A DNA stretch of 64,000 bases, from NCBI RefSeq assembly GCF_000981445.1, contig NC_027217.1, positions 2,046,001 through 2,110,000 on the forward strand, read 5' to 3'. Within the stretch, counting starts at the first letter, position 1, and every line of letters begins with the position of its first letter. The notes under the pieces are model-generated. The model made no database searches. It saw only the letters and a list, made by a program, of their open reading frames with translations, and was not told the DNA's origin. Shown in pieces: positions 1 through 12,717 of the stretch. The stretch comes from Babesia bigemina. Lineage: Eukaryota. The translations under genes and the position numbers were made by a program.

Positions 1-5
1 CTCCG

Positions 6-3000
6 ATGGGCGCGGCCGACGCCAAATCGCCCGGGGCGTCCGATAACCCGCAGCCCCCGCAAGTGATTCGCAAGATCCCGACCTCGGAGGTGATGTCCGT
101 GCGAGTGGCCATGCAGGACGTGCCCACCGCGGCGGTGGGTGGCGTCGGGAAGCACCCCGGCCACCACCAGCACCACGTGCGCAAGCCTGCAGCGCCGCCT
201 CCACCGCCGGCCAAGGACCAGAACACCGTAGCCCCGCCCAGCGGCGAGCCCGTGAAGGCGAACCCGCCGGAGATGGTGACCAGGCGGAGGACGTCCAGCG
301 ATGTCAGCATGGCCTCGCGTCTGCGGTCGGGCTCCGAAAGCTACTACATCGACCGCGAGCTCGAGAAGGTGGTCTTCCCGTACGGGGCGCATACGCCCAA
401 GAAGACGGACTACGCCAAGCTGCCGCGCCCCGTGAGCAACATCGCCGAGGTGAATGACGAGATCGGCGTCGACCAGATCTCGCCCATGAAGTCCTTCCTG
501 GGGCAGCAGGCGGCGGACGTCAGCGTGTGCTCGGAGCGCTTCCTGAGCACGACGCTCCGGGAGATTCCGCTCTTCGGCGAGACGCTGGGCCGCATCAAGA
601 TCCCGCTGGCCGCCGTCGTGCAGCCGTTCGCCGAGGAGGTCGACGGCAAGGTGCCGCTGGTGGACCTGGTGTCCGCCATCGGCGAGGAGAGCCTGTCGAA
701 GCAGAACCTGATCCGCTGCCCGCGCTGCCAGGCGTACTTCAACCCCGCCATGGAGGACGACTACAGGCTGAACTACCGCCTGTGCAACTTCTGCTACAAC
801 GGGTTCATGCTCAGCGAGGCGGAGTCCAACGCTTTGACCGCGCTGAAGGGCAGAGACCTCGACAACGCCCGCGTCGCGCCGATCATGCACGGCAGCGTCG
901 ACTTCGTGGCGCCGCTGCGCTACTACGTGCGCGACCTCGGGGAGGATGTGACCATAGCCAAGCAGCTGACGTCCCTGCTGTCGCGCGCCAGCGAGCTCAC
1001 CTCGATGATCCCGTTGCTGAACAACCCCATGTCCCCCAAGAAAGACGTCGTGTACTCGACCTACGACGTCAAGGACCTGAGTCAGCAGTTCGAGGGGATG
1101 GGCCCCACGGGCCACCCGCACCACGAGCACCTGGGCGGAGCGGCAGACGAGCCCTCCTCCGAGGCCGCGGCGGGGGCTCCCGCCGTCTCGGTGCTGCAAA
1201 CCCCCGCCAGCGTGCCGTCGGCCCCCCAGTGGAAGAAGGATATCGTGCGCAAGCCCGCCTACGTGATTGTCGTGGATGCCACGGCCAACTCGGCCAAGAT
1301 GGGCCTGCGCAACGCCGTGCTGCAAAGCATGCGATCGGTGTTCGAGGAGTGCGCCGCCAGCCGCACCCCCGTCAAATTCTGCGTCATCACGTTCGACTCC
1401 GTCGTGCATTTGTATTCGCGGCGCCGTGGCTTCTTCCAGGTGAACGTCGTTTACGAGGTGTGGGACCACTTTTCGCCCAGCTGCGCGGACGAGCTCTTTA
1501 TCGAGTTCGATGGCACCAACCTGGAGGACGTCAATAGTTATTTGGACGGCATCTCACGCCTCGAAGTGCCAGCGAACGCCTCGTCGTCGTGCGGTAATTT
1601 TGCGCTATCAGTGGGTGTGTCCCTGTTGGCCGAAGCCAACACGCCGGGAACGGTCTGCATCTTCTACTCGCAGCCGCCGGAGATGGGACTGGGCTACTGC
1701 CACAACCCCACGGTCTCCTCCGATTTCAGCATGGAGGAGTCGCTCAAGATGTTCTACGACGGGATCATACAGCAGTGCTACGAAAGCGGCATCGCGGTGG
1801 ACGTGTACCTCTGCGCGTCCTTCGAACGCATGCCGGGAGACGTGTGCCTGCAGTACGTGAGCCAGCAGACGGCCGGCATCGGCTGCAGCTTCCCGGCGTT
1901 CGAGGCGGTGTCCGACGCCCCGAAGATTGTCAAGAACCTGGTGCGGCTCTTCAGCCTCCCGCATGCGTACAACTGCGAGTTGAAGCTGCGCTGCAGCAAG
2001 CCCATCGAGGTGGAGGAGAGTTACTGCCCGTTCCACAACACCAGGGCGTTCATCGACAAGGCGACCCTGCGAGTGCCGAGGCTCTCCCCCGACACCGCCA
2101 TATGCTTCGCGCTCGGCATGGACGACCTCATCCGCGATCGGGAAAGGCTCTTCGTGCAGTTCGCGTGCATGTACAATTCCAGCGTGGACGGGCGCAAGCT
2201 TGTGAGGGTGCACACGCAGTCCATGAAGGCCTCCACGCGCGTGAACGCCATCATAAAGGGCGCCCGCTGCGACACCCTGGTGAACTACTACGCCCGCAAG
2301 ATGGCGTACAACATGATACGCTCCGGCACGGACGCCAGGAAGTCCATCAAGGAAGAGGTGGTTGCCATGCTGTGCAGCTACCGCCAGCTATGCGCGCCCT
2401 CCACGCCCGAAAACCAGCTTATCCTGCCCGAGAACCTGCAGAACCTCCCGGCGGCGCTCAACGCTCTGTTCAAGATGTACAACCCCGGCGAGCTGGTCTA
2501 CGACTACCTGCAGAAGATGCTGCGCACGCTGCTGGCGCCCACCGGGGAGAGCAAGTACTCCTACACCCGGTGCTACTGCCTGCACCGCAGCGTGTACGAC
2601 GAGTACGCCGAGGGGGTGCCCGAGGGCGGCTGGGGCTTCGCGTGCCTCGCGGTGCCCTCGTCGGCCACGGAGATATACAGCGATGGCCTGTACCTTATCG
2701 ACGACGGCCATAAGCTGGTGCTCTACTTCGGGCCTCACGTGCGCTGGGCTCTGCTGCAGGAGCTCTTCGGCAAGGACCTGCTGCTCAACGAGACCACCGC
2801 GAACACCCTGAGCATCTCCAGCGAGACCGAGACCGGCCGCAACCTGCTCGACGTCATCAGCCGCGTGCGCGCCCTTCACGTGGGAGGCCAGTTCCTGCAC
2901 CTCAAGATTCTACCCTACTGCTCGCGCTACCGGCGCCTCCTCAAGCTGCTCATGCTCGAGGACGAGGCCGGCGGCGAGGCGAACTACGAAGACTTCCTGG

Positions 3001-3050
3001 TCACGATGCACCGGCAGATTAAGCTGCTGCAGTCGTACCGGGTCGCGTGA
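6..3050 (+). CDS. SEC24: Sec24-like COPII coat subunit
   Basis: 1014-aa intronless ORF. It has IPLAAVVQPFA, a zinc finger (RCPRCQAYFNP...CNFC), a vWA trunk (PAYVIVVDAT), a beta-sandwich (RKLVRVHT), a helical domain (QLILPENL) and a gelsolin-like end (DGLYLIDDG). The true start could lie upstream of the window. Confidence 0.9.
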   Translation: MGAADAKSPGASDNPQPPQVIRKIPTSEVMSVRVAMQDVPTAAVGGVGKHPGHHQHHVRKPAAPPPPPAKDQNTVAPPSGEPVKANPPEMVTRRRTSSDVSMASRLRSGSESYYIDRELEKVVFPYGAHTPKKTDYAKLPRPVSNIAEVNDEIGVDQISPMKSFLGQQAADVSVCSERFLSTTLREIPLFGETLGRIKIPLAAVVQPFAEEVDGKVPLVDLVSAIGEESLSKQNLIRCPRCQAYFNPAMEDDYRLNYRLCNFCYNGFMLSEAESNALTALKGRDLDNARVAPIMHGSVDFVAPLRYYVRDLGEDVTIAKQLTSLLSRASELTSMIPLLNNPMSPKKDVVYSTYDVKDLSQQFEGMGPTGHPHHEHLGGAADEPSSEAAAGAPAVSVLQTPASVPSAPQWKKDIVRKPAYVIVVDATANSAKMGLRNAVLQSMRSVFEECAASRTPVKFCVITFDSVVHLYSRRRGFFQVNVVYEVWDHFSPSCADELFIEFDGTNLEDVNSYLDGISRLEVPANASSSCGNFALSVGVSLLAEANTPGTVCIFYSQPPEMGLGYCHNPTVSSDFSMEESLKMFYDGIIQQCYESGIAVDVYLCASFERMPGDVCLQYVSQQTAGIGCSFPAFEAVSDAPKIVKNLVRLFSLPHAYNCELKLRCSKPIEVEESYCPFHNTRAFIDKATLRVPRLSPDTAICFALGMDDLIRDRERLFVQFACMYNSSVDGRKLVRVHTQSMKASTRVNAIIKGARCDTLVNYYARKMAYNMIRSGTDARKSIKEEVVAMLCSYRQLCAPSTPENQLILPENLQNLPAALNALFKMYNPGELVYDYLQKMLRTLLAPTGESKYSYTRCYCLHRSVYDEYAEGVPEGGWGFACLAVPSSATEIYSDGLYLIDDGHKLVLYFGPHVRWALLQELFGKDLLLNETTANTLSISSETETGRNLLDVISRVRALHVGGQFLHLKILPYCSRYRRLLKLLMLEDEAGGEANYEDFLVTMHRQIKLLQSYRVA

Positions 3051-3123
3051 GCGGGTGCACCTCGCAGTCGCGCGGCGCCATACAGCCAGTTAATTTCGTG
3101 TGTATTGTCTACACTTCTGGAAC

Positions 3124-4508
3124 ATGCTGAGGTGGGCTGCGCTGGCCATAACCCGCGCCTGCTGTCGCGCCGCCGAGCGGTGTGTCTGCAACTCCGTCGG
3201 CTGCGTTGGCTCGTTAATCAAGAAATCCGTCGACTGTGAGCCTCTCGGTGGGTTTCTGGGCCGTATTGTGTAGCTATTTGGTGTCTAACGCGGCATTTGG
3301 CGCAATGTGTGGAGGCGCGGCTCCGTCACGCCTACACACCTGAGCATGCGTCCGCGCTGAGCCTTGGACGCGAACCAGCGCCCGTTTACGCGATGTGTTA
3401 ACGATGCCGCAGCGTCCCTGTACTACTACAGCGGCATCCACAGGCACCGCGCCTTCAACCTGCTGGTCGAGATCTGCGCCATCGAGGGGGCGTTCGTCCG
3501 CCAGCAGACGGTGGTGGAGCTCATCGTCGGCGATCAGAAGGTTGCCATGACAGGTACGTTGCCGTGGGCCCAAGTCACGAATGCCGCCAGCGCTGCCCAC
3601 CGACCCCAATGGCATGATCGAGAGCGTCGGCAGCCGCGGCTCCGTGTTCATCAGCCAGCGCGACTGCGAGGTGCAGCTCGCGTTCTACCGCAAGCACCTG
3701 GTGACCAAGAAGCACATAGCCACGATGAAGTTCGACGTCGATCGCGACATCCTGTCGGCGGGCCTCCCGAAGAGCAAGTGGTGGGTTGATGTGGGCCGCT
3801 CCGGCCGCTTCACGGGGCATCAGGTTCATCCTGCGCGTGGAGAGCCGCGCAGTCGGGCGCGTCAAGCTTTCGTTCCACCGGAGTGAGTCCCGCTGCATCG
3901 TCCTAACATGGTCGCAGTCGACGCGAACAAGAGCGTCGTGGACTGCCTGGTCCTGCAGCAGTCGCTGCTGTGCATGCAGGACTACCGTGACGAGGGCAAG
4001 CAAGTCGAAATCGACGTAGGTCGCACATTCGCGCAACTGACTGCCTCGCAGCTGAGCGGCGACGGGTTGCTGCTGTACCACGAGAAGCTCCACCTGTTCT
4101 CGTTCGCCCTCGAGGGCCCGCTTATCGCAAAGGAGGAGTGCGCATCCGAGATGCGCTACTACAAGGTCATGCTGGTGGACGGCGCGTGGCGCTGGTGCTA
4201 CTGGAGCTCGAAGGCGGACTGCCGGTCCGGCAGGCGCCCGCAGGGCTCCGCCGCCATCCTGGCCATAAGCACCGTCATCCGGCACCCTACCAACTACACC
4301 TCCTTCTACGTGAAGCACTACACCCGCGAACGCAGCCACGACGTCATCCTGAAGGCCGTCGACCGCAGCCGCGACATCTGGACGGACGCGCTCTTCCTCT
4401 TCATCGCCGAGGTACGGCGCGATCGCACGCACTAACCACGCGCAGACACGGCGGTACTTGGAGCACTTCGAAAACTTTGACGCCTACGAGCGCCACTGCA
4501 TGGTCTGA
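3124..4508 (+). CDS. C2 + PH domain protein, CERLI/RASP (rhoptry apical surface) family-like; multi-exon
   Basis: Spliced model: exon 1 is 3124-3247, intron 3248-3412 is phase compatible, further short introns follow, and the last intron is 4412-4445. Translation gives ...KSVDCEPLASLYYYSGIHRHRAFNLLVEI..., a C2-like region, then the PH-like ...AVDRSRDIWTDALFLFI. Confidence 0.6.
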
Positions 4509-4699
4509 GGCGCCCGTGGCGCCGGGAAACGGGCGGCAGCGGCCGCGCTTGTAGCGCCGCTGCCGGTGACGGGCACTAGACATGGGCGGGGCCATATCCG
4601 GAAGCCGAAACCTAAACTTTAACGTTTCATACCCAAAGGTATTAATTTATCAGCACAAATACACTTTTGGTTAACGACTTTGTTGCCTGCCGTACCGCC

Positions 4700-6342
4700 A
4701 TGGAAGGCGGCCGCGCCGCCTCGGGCAAGCCGCGCAAACGCGTCACGTTCAAGCTAGTCTCGGCGTCCTCCGCCGACCCACGCGTGGCTTCCAACCCCTG
4801 GCAGCGCACGCTGGTCTTGAAGAACTCATCCAATGCCGCTCTCAAGGTGCGTTCTGCCGGAGCTGCCGCGAACGATGTTCAGAAGGGCGACAAGACCGCC
4901 ATACCGAAGGAGTTTCTGTCGTTCATCAACCCCGCGGACTTCGGCATCCACGAGAACCTGACCGGTCCCCAGAAGGTGGGTTTCGGATACGTTTGTTGCC
5001 GTCAGCTGCTGCCAGGACGCCCTCATCGCAGAGGTTTACGGCTCGCACGAGGAGTACGAGCGCATCGCAGCCAAGTTCGCGGACGCGCCGGCGCCCGCAA
5101 AGCCCAAGGCCGAGGATCTGGACGACGACTGCTACTTCCCCAAGGATGGCTACGACTACAGCCAGCACCTGGCGACCATCAACCCGCAGAACTTCATACC
5201 GGCCCCTCGTGTGGAGGCCGCCGCCTCGATCGTGAAGGGTGGGTGGTGCATACGGCAGCCGTTTTTTACACAGTGCAGCGGAACTAAACAGCAGCGTCGA
5301 CTTCCCGGGGCTCAACGACACTGCGCCGGAAACGCCAGACGACCCTGAACGTACGTTCCACCGGCTTAACAATTCACGTCGATGGCAGTGGCGGAGGTGC
5401 TGAAGGCGCTCGACGAGTCCGGCAGTGAAGCGGAGGACATGGATGACGATTTCGTCGCTAAAGCCATGGACAACGAGGACCCCGACACGTTCATCGACGA
5501 GAACGAGCTGCTCTGGGGCGGATACAAGCCGCTGCGCAGGGTGACCTTCGAGGATCTCGGTATCCCCAAAGGCGACAGCGCACCTGCCCCCGTGTTCGGC
5601 GACCAGCCGATTCTGTCCGACGAGGAGTTTGTCATCTCTGACGAGGACGACGACGAGGACTCTGACTTCGACGCCGAGTACGACCCCACGGAGTCACTCG
5701 CGCAAAGTGCCCAGGCGCAGCTGGATGCCTTGCGCGCAGCCAATATGCGCACTTCGATGCTGGATATGGTGAACTGCGGCCCGTGGGGCGCCAGGGCGGA
5801 GGAGAAGGAGACCATGGACGCCATGGATCCGGACGGCGCACTGAGCGAGCGCATCCTGCAGCTGGTGCAGCAGCCGGACGACAGCGAAAGCGGCGATACC
5901 GTGGAGTTCGAGCTCTCCTCGGACGAATCGGAACAGTGGTACGACGCCGCAGCTGCGTGTTTGACCGTTGTGCAGGGATGTCGAAACCGTGCTGACCAAA
6001 TACACCAACGCCACGAACCACCCTCAGCGCATACTCAGCAGCGTAGTCAGGCGCGCACGCACTCGCGAGCGGCCTGAAGGCGCCGAGGAACCCAGCGCAA
6101 AGGCGGTGCCGGACGTCGAGTACATCGAGCTGCCGCAGGTGGTCACCACCCGGCGCCGCGACGAGACTGCGGAGGAAAAGCGCGCCCGCAAGGCCGCCGT
6201 CAAGCAGGCCAAGGCGATGATCACGCGCATGAAGAAGGAGAACAAGGAGGCGCTCAAGAGCGCCAAGAAGAAGGCGGCGGAGAAGTCGGCCGTCGGCTCC
6301 TACGACATCGTGAACGGCGTGAAGTACCTCCGGCTGAAGTGA
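4700..6342 (+). CDS. LTV1: LTV1 40S ribosome biogenesis factor; multi-exon
   Basis: N-terminal FKLV...DP motif, DDCYFPKDGYDYSQHL motif, acidic middle, and basic C-terminus ETAEEKRARKAAVK...RMKKENK. Confidence 0.85.
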
Positions 6343-6433
6343 CACGCGCCCTCCGGACTCCGCAGTCCGCTAATTATGCACTACTTAGTGTTTCAGTCGA
6401 GTGTGTGATTGTGTTGGCGGCTGACGAGCAGCA

Positions 6434-7417
6434 ATGCGACTCTGCTCCTGGCTGCTGGCGCGGTCGCTGCGCCAGGGCTTCCATGAGAGCCCGGTGAACC
6501 CCTTCGCGAAGGTGCAATGGTACGGTCACACGCGGCGTATAATCTGACCGCAACCGCAGGGTTTCGACGCCGTTTTTGAAGAAGAACATGCCCACAGTGT
6601 CGCCCCTGGCCACGCCGCACCGCAGCCTCGGCGTAGTGACGGTGATGGACACTCCCACCGGCCACTGGCACGTCATAGACGCGGATGGGAAGGTAAGCGA
6701 GCGTAAGGGCGCGTGTCTATCGGCCTATAGTGCCCCTGGTGGCTGTAGGTGGCGATACGTGTTCCGGTTGCTCCGGTGCCGAGTGCTCACAACGCATCAG
6801 ACAGTGGGAGGGGTGGCGTCGCACATCGCAGTGCTGCTGCAGGGCAAGCACCTGCCGACGTACGACTCCACGCGCGTCAGCGGCGACAACGTCATCGTGG
6901 TGAACGCGGTGCGCGTGGTGATGAACGGCCACAGCTGGGACACCAAGGTCTACAAGTTCGACCGAAAGGGTACGCCAGCCGCACTCCAATACACAGCAGA
7001 TCGCAGCGCACCCGAAGGGACCCAAGATAATCACCGCCAAGACCGTGATGGCGCGCAACCCCGCGATGATCGTAGGTTCCGTCCCCAGAGTCCTGACCCG
7101 ACGCAGATCAACATGGCCGTGAAGCGCATGCTGCCGCGGAACAAACTGAGGCCGCTGTGGTACAGGTAGGTGGGAACGAGTCGCTGTACACCGTTTCCAG
7201 GCGCCTGTTCGTGTACGGTGGCGCGATCCACCCGCACTGGGACATCCCGCAGGTGGTAGTGCCGGTGTCGCAGTCTGCTCTGGACGCCGACACTGGTAGC
7301 GGCAGCGTGGCCGCGCCCAAGCCGACTGGGGATCCTTCCGCCACGGATTTGGTGTCCCATCGCCCAGCCAAAGCGCAGCCGAGCGTCTTCGGGTGTTACA
7401 CCCTGTACCCAGCCTAG
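6434..7417 (+). CDS. Organellar (probably mitochondrial) ribosomal protein uL13; multi-exon
   Basis: Motifs [39 protein letters not shown] and HPH. The Arg-rich N-terminus [16 protein letters not shown] resembles a presequence. Confidence 0.85.
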
Positions 7418-7682
7418 AGCTCCGCAGCCTTCGCCGCGGTCTGGAGAGGCGGATGTAGGAGACGGTTCCACCGCCTCGCCCCGGGGCGTGGTGAAAAAGA
7501 TCGCATAACACCCGGTTTTAATTGCTTTTTATGCAGTGTGTGCATTCGAAACCTCCATCAAAGCTCTTTGGTGGTAGTGTGTAACGCCGACTCCAGGCCT
7601 GATTCCGACATCGCCACGCCCCTGGGTGTGCTGCAGCCTAAGCTTCCTTCGCCCCCGCGTTTCCCCCAGCTCCGACACTTCA

Positions 7683-8542
7683 ATGAAGCGGCTCCACGAC
7701 ATGGAATTCCGGCACAGGATCATAAAGGTGGACCTCCACCACTCGGTCCTCACGGACCGCCGATGGCCAGAAATCAGGATAGACAACTGCATGACCGTTG
7801 GCGCGCTGAAGGAAAAGCTGTACAGCAACACGGGCACGCACCCGGCCAGCATGTCGCTATACGCCTACCGGCCCGGCGACATGAAGCGCACCCAGATCCA
7901 CCTGGACAACGACTCCTGCGAGCTGCACCAGTACGGCGTGGACGACGGCTACGTGATCTACATACTGGCCGCCCAACACTCTCACGCCTCGGCCCCGGCC
8001 CCCGACGCCGGTGGCGCTGCCGACTGCCCGCTCAAGGTGACCAACCCCCGGCTGCACCGGCACTACGCGGAGCAGATGGAGCGCTGCCGAGAGACCGGCG
8101 ACGAGTCGAACTTCGAAGCATATCGCATGAGTGAGGAGGAGTACGCGCAGCGCGGGAAGGGGCTTAGGGAGTTCATCAGCCGCATGCGTGAACAATGCCG
8201 TGCCCGCGACGCCGACACTGAGCACGCGCCAACCAAGTCGATCGAGGTGTTGAGGCAGGAGTACCCGCTGGGCGCGAGGTGCTCAATCAGCCCGTCCGAC
8301 CTCCGCGGCGTCGTGCGCTTCGTTGGCAACGTGAAGCGCGACATCCTCATCGGTAAGTTGCACGGTCCACCCATCAACGCCCCTTAGGGATCGAGTTGGA
8401 CGAGCCTATGGGCAACACCGACGGCAGCGTGGATGGAGTGCGCTACTTCACTGCCAGGGGACCCAGCTACGGGATTTTCCGGCCGTACGAGCAGGTGACG
8501 GTCGGTGATTTCCCGGAGGTGGACCCCTTTGAGATGGCTTGA
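7683..8542 (+). CDS. TBCB: Tubulin-folding cofactor B (Ubl + CAP-Gly)
   Basis: Ubl domain (MTVGALKEKLYSNTGT) and YRMSEEEY. After one short intron, a CAP-Gly domain (GIELDEPMGNTDGSVDGVRYF) ends in GDFPEVDPFEMA. Confidence 0.9.
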
Positions 8543-8893
8543 GCATCGACGCTACCGCCAATCACTTCCTGGCAGCCACGCCCGCAACCGGTTTCGATTG
8601 CCGCCGCTAGAAGTGGACTGCGTATTTGGTAGGAGTGTATGGGCCAGCAGCAGCAGTCCAACCACGGCGGCGGTTCAGGGCCGTCGCGCCTGTCGAGGCA
8701 AAATAATATCAGCCGAACTTGAATTTTTGTTACCCGTGCATTGTGCAAGTTTGTGGCGGCAAAATAGTAGCGGCTGCGAAGCATCAGCTTGGAGTGCGGC
8801 CTTCCACCGGCGCGTTGTCTAATCCGCCACCGCCATTGCACATCACGCAGCATATCCGGCTGCACTATCGCATATCGTAATCACAGCCGCACG

Positions 8894-10228
8894 ATGGAGG
8901 ACGAGCTGACGTTCAACATCGTGCGCTCCAAGAAGCGCGTCAAAGAGCGCTGGACGGCGGAGGCCAAGGAGGCTCGCAAAAGTTGGCGATGTTCCGTGGA
9001 ATCTCACACGTACGCAGAGAGCAAGGCTGCACAGGCACAGGCGGAACCGGCGGCGGCTCCCAAGAGGTCGAACGATGTTTCTATGATACAGCTGCTGCGC
9101 GAGATACCGCAGCGCGTCCCTTTCCGAGGCAAGCCAACCAAGCGGACTGTGTCGGTGGCGCTGCCAGTATCGCTGGTGTACAACATCCTGACCGACGAGC
9201 TACGGGCGTACGTCATTGGCCACATAGCTCGCGCCGTCACCATCTATGGCGTCCACGAGGTGGTGCTCTACAACGACCTGGGTTAGTTGTGTTCGTTACC
9301 GACCGCCCGAAAATCGCTGGCAGGACCAGAAGGAGTCGAATGGCAGGAGTACTTCGCTCTTAATATGCGATACCTCGAGACGCCGCAGTACCTGAGGAAA
9401 TACATGTTCCCAATTACGGATCACCTGCGCCACGCCGGCCTGCAGAACCCGCTGGACGCGCCGCACCACCTCCGGACGAACGAGTGGCTGCCGTACAGGT
9501 TGGTTCAGTAATGTATTGCAGTGTGTAATCAGCGTTTTGCAGGGAGGGCGTCGTCAAGTTAGAGCCCAAGGGCATGGCAAGGCATGCTAGCTCATTGAGC
9601 ATGTACGCAGAGTGCAGCCTTTTCGGCCGCATAAAGGTCACAAACCCCGATGCGCTCCTGGAAATATACGGCGTGGAGTGGTTCAGTCTGGAGGACACCG
9701 ACGAGGAGGAGGTGTACCAGCGAGTCACAATCCTCCTGGACACAAGCTCCATGAGCGAGTGCAAACGGCGCTGGAAGGAGCAGAAGGCGGGCACTTCAGT
9801 TTCATCGGGCACCGAGCTGTCGGGCAAGATAGTGCCGCCAGACGAGCCGCAGAGCTCCGCAGGTACGTTTGGGGCGCCGCTTTGACTCAAACGTTACAGG
9901 GCTCTACTGGGGCTACGTTGTACGGGAGGCGGAGGACTATGCAGCGGTGTTCGCAGGCTGCCCGTTCAACGAGAGCGGCACGTACGACTACAAAATGGGC
10001 ACCAGCGAACGCGGCGACGTGTACCCCAAAGAGGTGCGCGTGCCGAACTTCCAGCACATGCTCATGGTGCTGGGGCCGGTTAGTGGACTCGAGAGCATCA
10101 CGGAGAACCCACAGGCGGACGTTGACGCCTACGTCAACTTCTGCTACAACCAGCGCTCCCGCACGATACGGACGGAGGAGGCGCTTACCATTTGCCTATC
10201 GCAGTTCTTCGCGCACTACTCACTGTGA
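8894..10228 (+). CDS. SPOUT-family RNA methyltransferase (SPOUT1/C9orf114-like); multi-exon
   Basis: TVSVALPVS, GHIARAVTIYGVHEV, YLETPQYLRK, AGLQNPLDAPHH, GLYWGYVVR, GTSERG and NQRSRTIRTEEAL. Confidence 0.9.
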
Positions 10229-10537
10229 CCTTTACGAACGCAGAGTCAAGGTGACCGAAACACGGGCCTGGTGCATCTTGAAGCATCTAATTTTGCGCAA
10301 AGCGCATCACTCAGCTAATAGCAGCCGATTTTATGTTGTGTGTTATTCTGGTCGCATGTTGCTTGCAGTGATTGTATGGGTGCTGGGCACGTGCGATCTC
10401 GCCACCGTCCATAGCAGACGGAATCACAGGCACTGGCACACGCAAACAAAGATTCTGTCGCGTCCACATACGATATAATTCACAATTCAATCTACGGTTT
10501 CCGTAAGAAATACAATACTGTGGCAGTTTCGCCGACA

Positions 10538-12690
10538 TCAGGTGAGGTGTTCCACCCGGTTCAGGAAGTGGGTAACGTGCTCGTTGAGCTCCCGTCTAAT
10601 CTTGTTATGGTGCTCCTGCGCCACCGACGGCGGATCCGCGAGCATGGTCTTGAACACGCTGCGCCAGAAATTGCGATACGACTCCTTTTTCTCCTCCAGC
10701 GCCTTGGTGGCAGCCTCCATGGCGAGCTCTGCAAAAGATGTTCAGTTGACCGGTGAGCATTACCCTCGTATTTCTGCAGCAGCGCTGGAAGATTGGCCTT
10801 TTGTATGACGATTCCGTCGATTTCAGGCTTGAAGGTGTCGGTCTTCTGGTAGGACGAGAAGGCACGCTTGTAGTGGAGCTGCAGGGCATTCGCAGCCCTC
10901 AGCAGCAAGTCCAGGCGCTTGGTTCTGAGGTATATGGTACCCTGAGGGACAAAGCGTTGACCAGTGACGTCGACGTTGTCGTATTCCGTGGTTGGTATGC
11001 TGCCATCGGTTGCCACCTCCTGCGGTATCAGCTCGGTCTGGCTCTCGCTGAACAGGCTCGTGTTCACATGCATACGCGTGTTGCGGTTGTACGTCTTGCG
11101 CGTGGTTATCGGCTGGACGTCATCCAAGACGCGCCGGTTGGCTTTACGCCAGGCGCCACGGGTCTTGAGCGCCTCCAGGTCGCAGCGCAGGTACACCTCC
11201 TCGCCCTTCAGGAACGCTATTGGCGTCGCGTCCTTCTTCAGGATGTGGTTGCTGCCTATCTGTGGTGCGTTTGAACTGCGTCGCGCAGCCTACGTGGCTC
11301 ACCTGAGACGCCAGGACGTAGACCGGGTGGTTCTTCAGCCGGGCCTTGGAGTCGGGCAGGGGGTCGTTGCTGACACGAGTCTCCATCCACTTCGACTCGG
11401 CGCGCTCCAACATGGAGACTATGCCGGCACCGCTGACGCTTTTCACCGGTTCGTTCAGGCGTTCGATGGTCTGCACGAGCCACGCCTGGAGCTCCTTGCC
11501 ACGCTTTACACAGACGTCGTTGTACCTGCCGGAGTGTGCCGCATGTTAGATCAAACTCACCTCTCCACGTATTTGGGCGTTATCTCCGACAGCCACCCGT
11601 ATTTGTTGCAGCCGAAAACGTAGTGGAACTCCTGGCGCGCGTCCTTCGCGCCGGGCTTCTGCTTGTCGCGGACCAGCCGCTGCCTGAACTCTTCCTCCTC
11701 GAAGCGGAACTCCGACACGTTCAGCACCGCTTGCGACGGGCGCCTGCTGCGTGATACAAGGATTGCCACAACGCGGAGGTCGGGCTCCCGCTTGTACACG
11801 AACAGCTTGTTGTCGCGCTGGACGTAGAGGCGGCCGCCGTATTCGCTGCTCTCGGACGGGGCGTACTCCACGGCCTTCTCGCGGTTGCACGGCTTGGCGC
11901 TTTTCGTGGGATCGTAAGCCACGCCTCCGTATTTGAGGCGCGAAAAGTCGACGCGCTTCCACGAGCCGCTGTCCGGGTCGAACGACTCCGCGAGCAGCAG
12001 GACGCCATTGGCCGGGCCGTGCACAGCCTCGACTAAACGTGCGGAAACGCCGTAACATCTACATGCACAGACGTACAGCTGCGCTAAGTGTTATAACGCG
12101 CGTGCGTGACTCACCAGCGTGAGCGTGTCGCTGCTGCCCTTGTGCAGGTGGAGGCACCTGGGCGGTTGTGACCACGGCGTGCATTAAAGCCTCGGCTCAC
12201 CTTAGTAATCTGAGCAGCACCTTCCCGCGGCCATTTCGCGTCGTATCGGTGCGCAATTCGGGTAGAATCTGCGTCGGTTAAGGTCGTGGAGACATTAGAC
12301 AAACAGAGAAGTGCTCCTGGATGTGCTTGAAAATCGCCAGCGGCTCAGCCGGACCGGAGTAAAAGTTCTCGAAATAGGAGAAGACCAGCGCCTGTGTAGG
12401 GTTAAGCGGCATCAGCGAGGCTGACCTTGAAGAAGGCGCCGTCAATCAAGGAATTCAGCAGTCGGAGGCGGCCCAGCAGGGCGACGACGAGGACCTTATC
12501 ACGCCATACCGCGCACTCCTTCTCCAGGACCTGTTACACATTAATACACCGTGTCGAAAACGACCTTCCGGCGCCGTTCCCGGCCGCCCGAGCGCGCAGA
12601 CGACTCGAAGCGCTGCTCGGCCCAGAGCGACAGCGCGCGCAGCTGTACATCCTGCTGGGTATCGGTACAGTATCTTAGACCTAAGTTCAT
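10538..12690 (-). CDS. Rad4/XPC nucleotide-excision-repair damage sensor; multi-exon
   Basis: BHD motifs: PLPDSKARLKNHPVYVL, GEEVYLR...LKTRGAW, LFSESQT, DGSIPTTEYDNVDV and VPQGTIYL. The start at 12690 is inferred from splice-compatible exons. Confidence 0.8.
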
Positions 12691-12717
12691 GTCTGAGTTT
12701 TTCTCGGACGCGCACGC

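Noticed and set aside
410..2900. Many long overlapping ORFs within Sec24 (and similar ones at 16143-17426, 25090-26886 and 28402-29574)
   Set aside because: Shadow ORFs caused by high GC3 in the real gene; no recognisable motifs.
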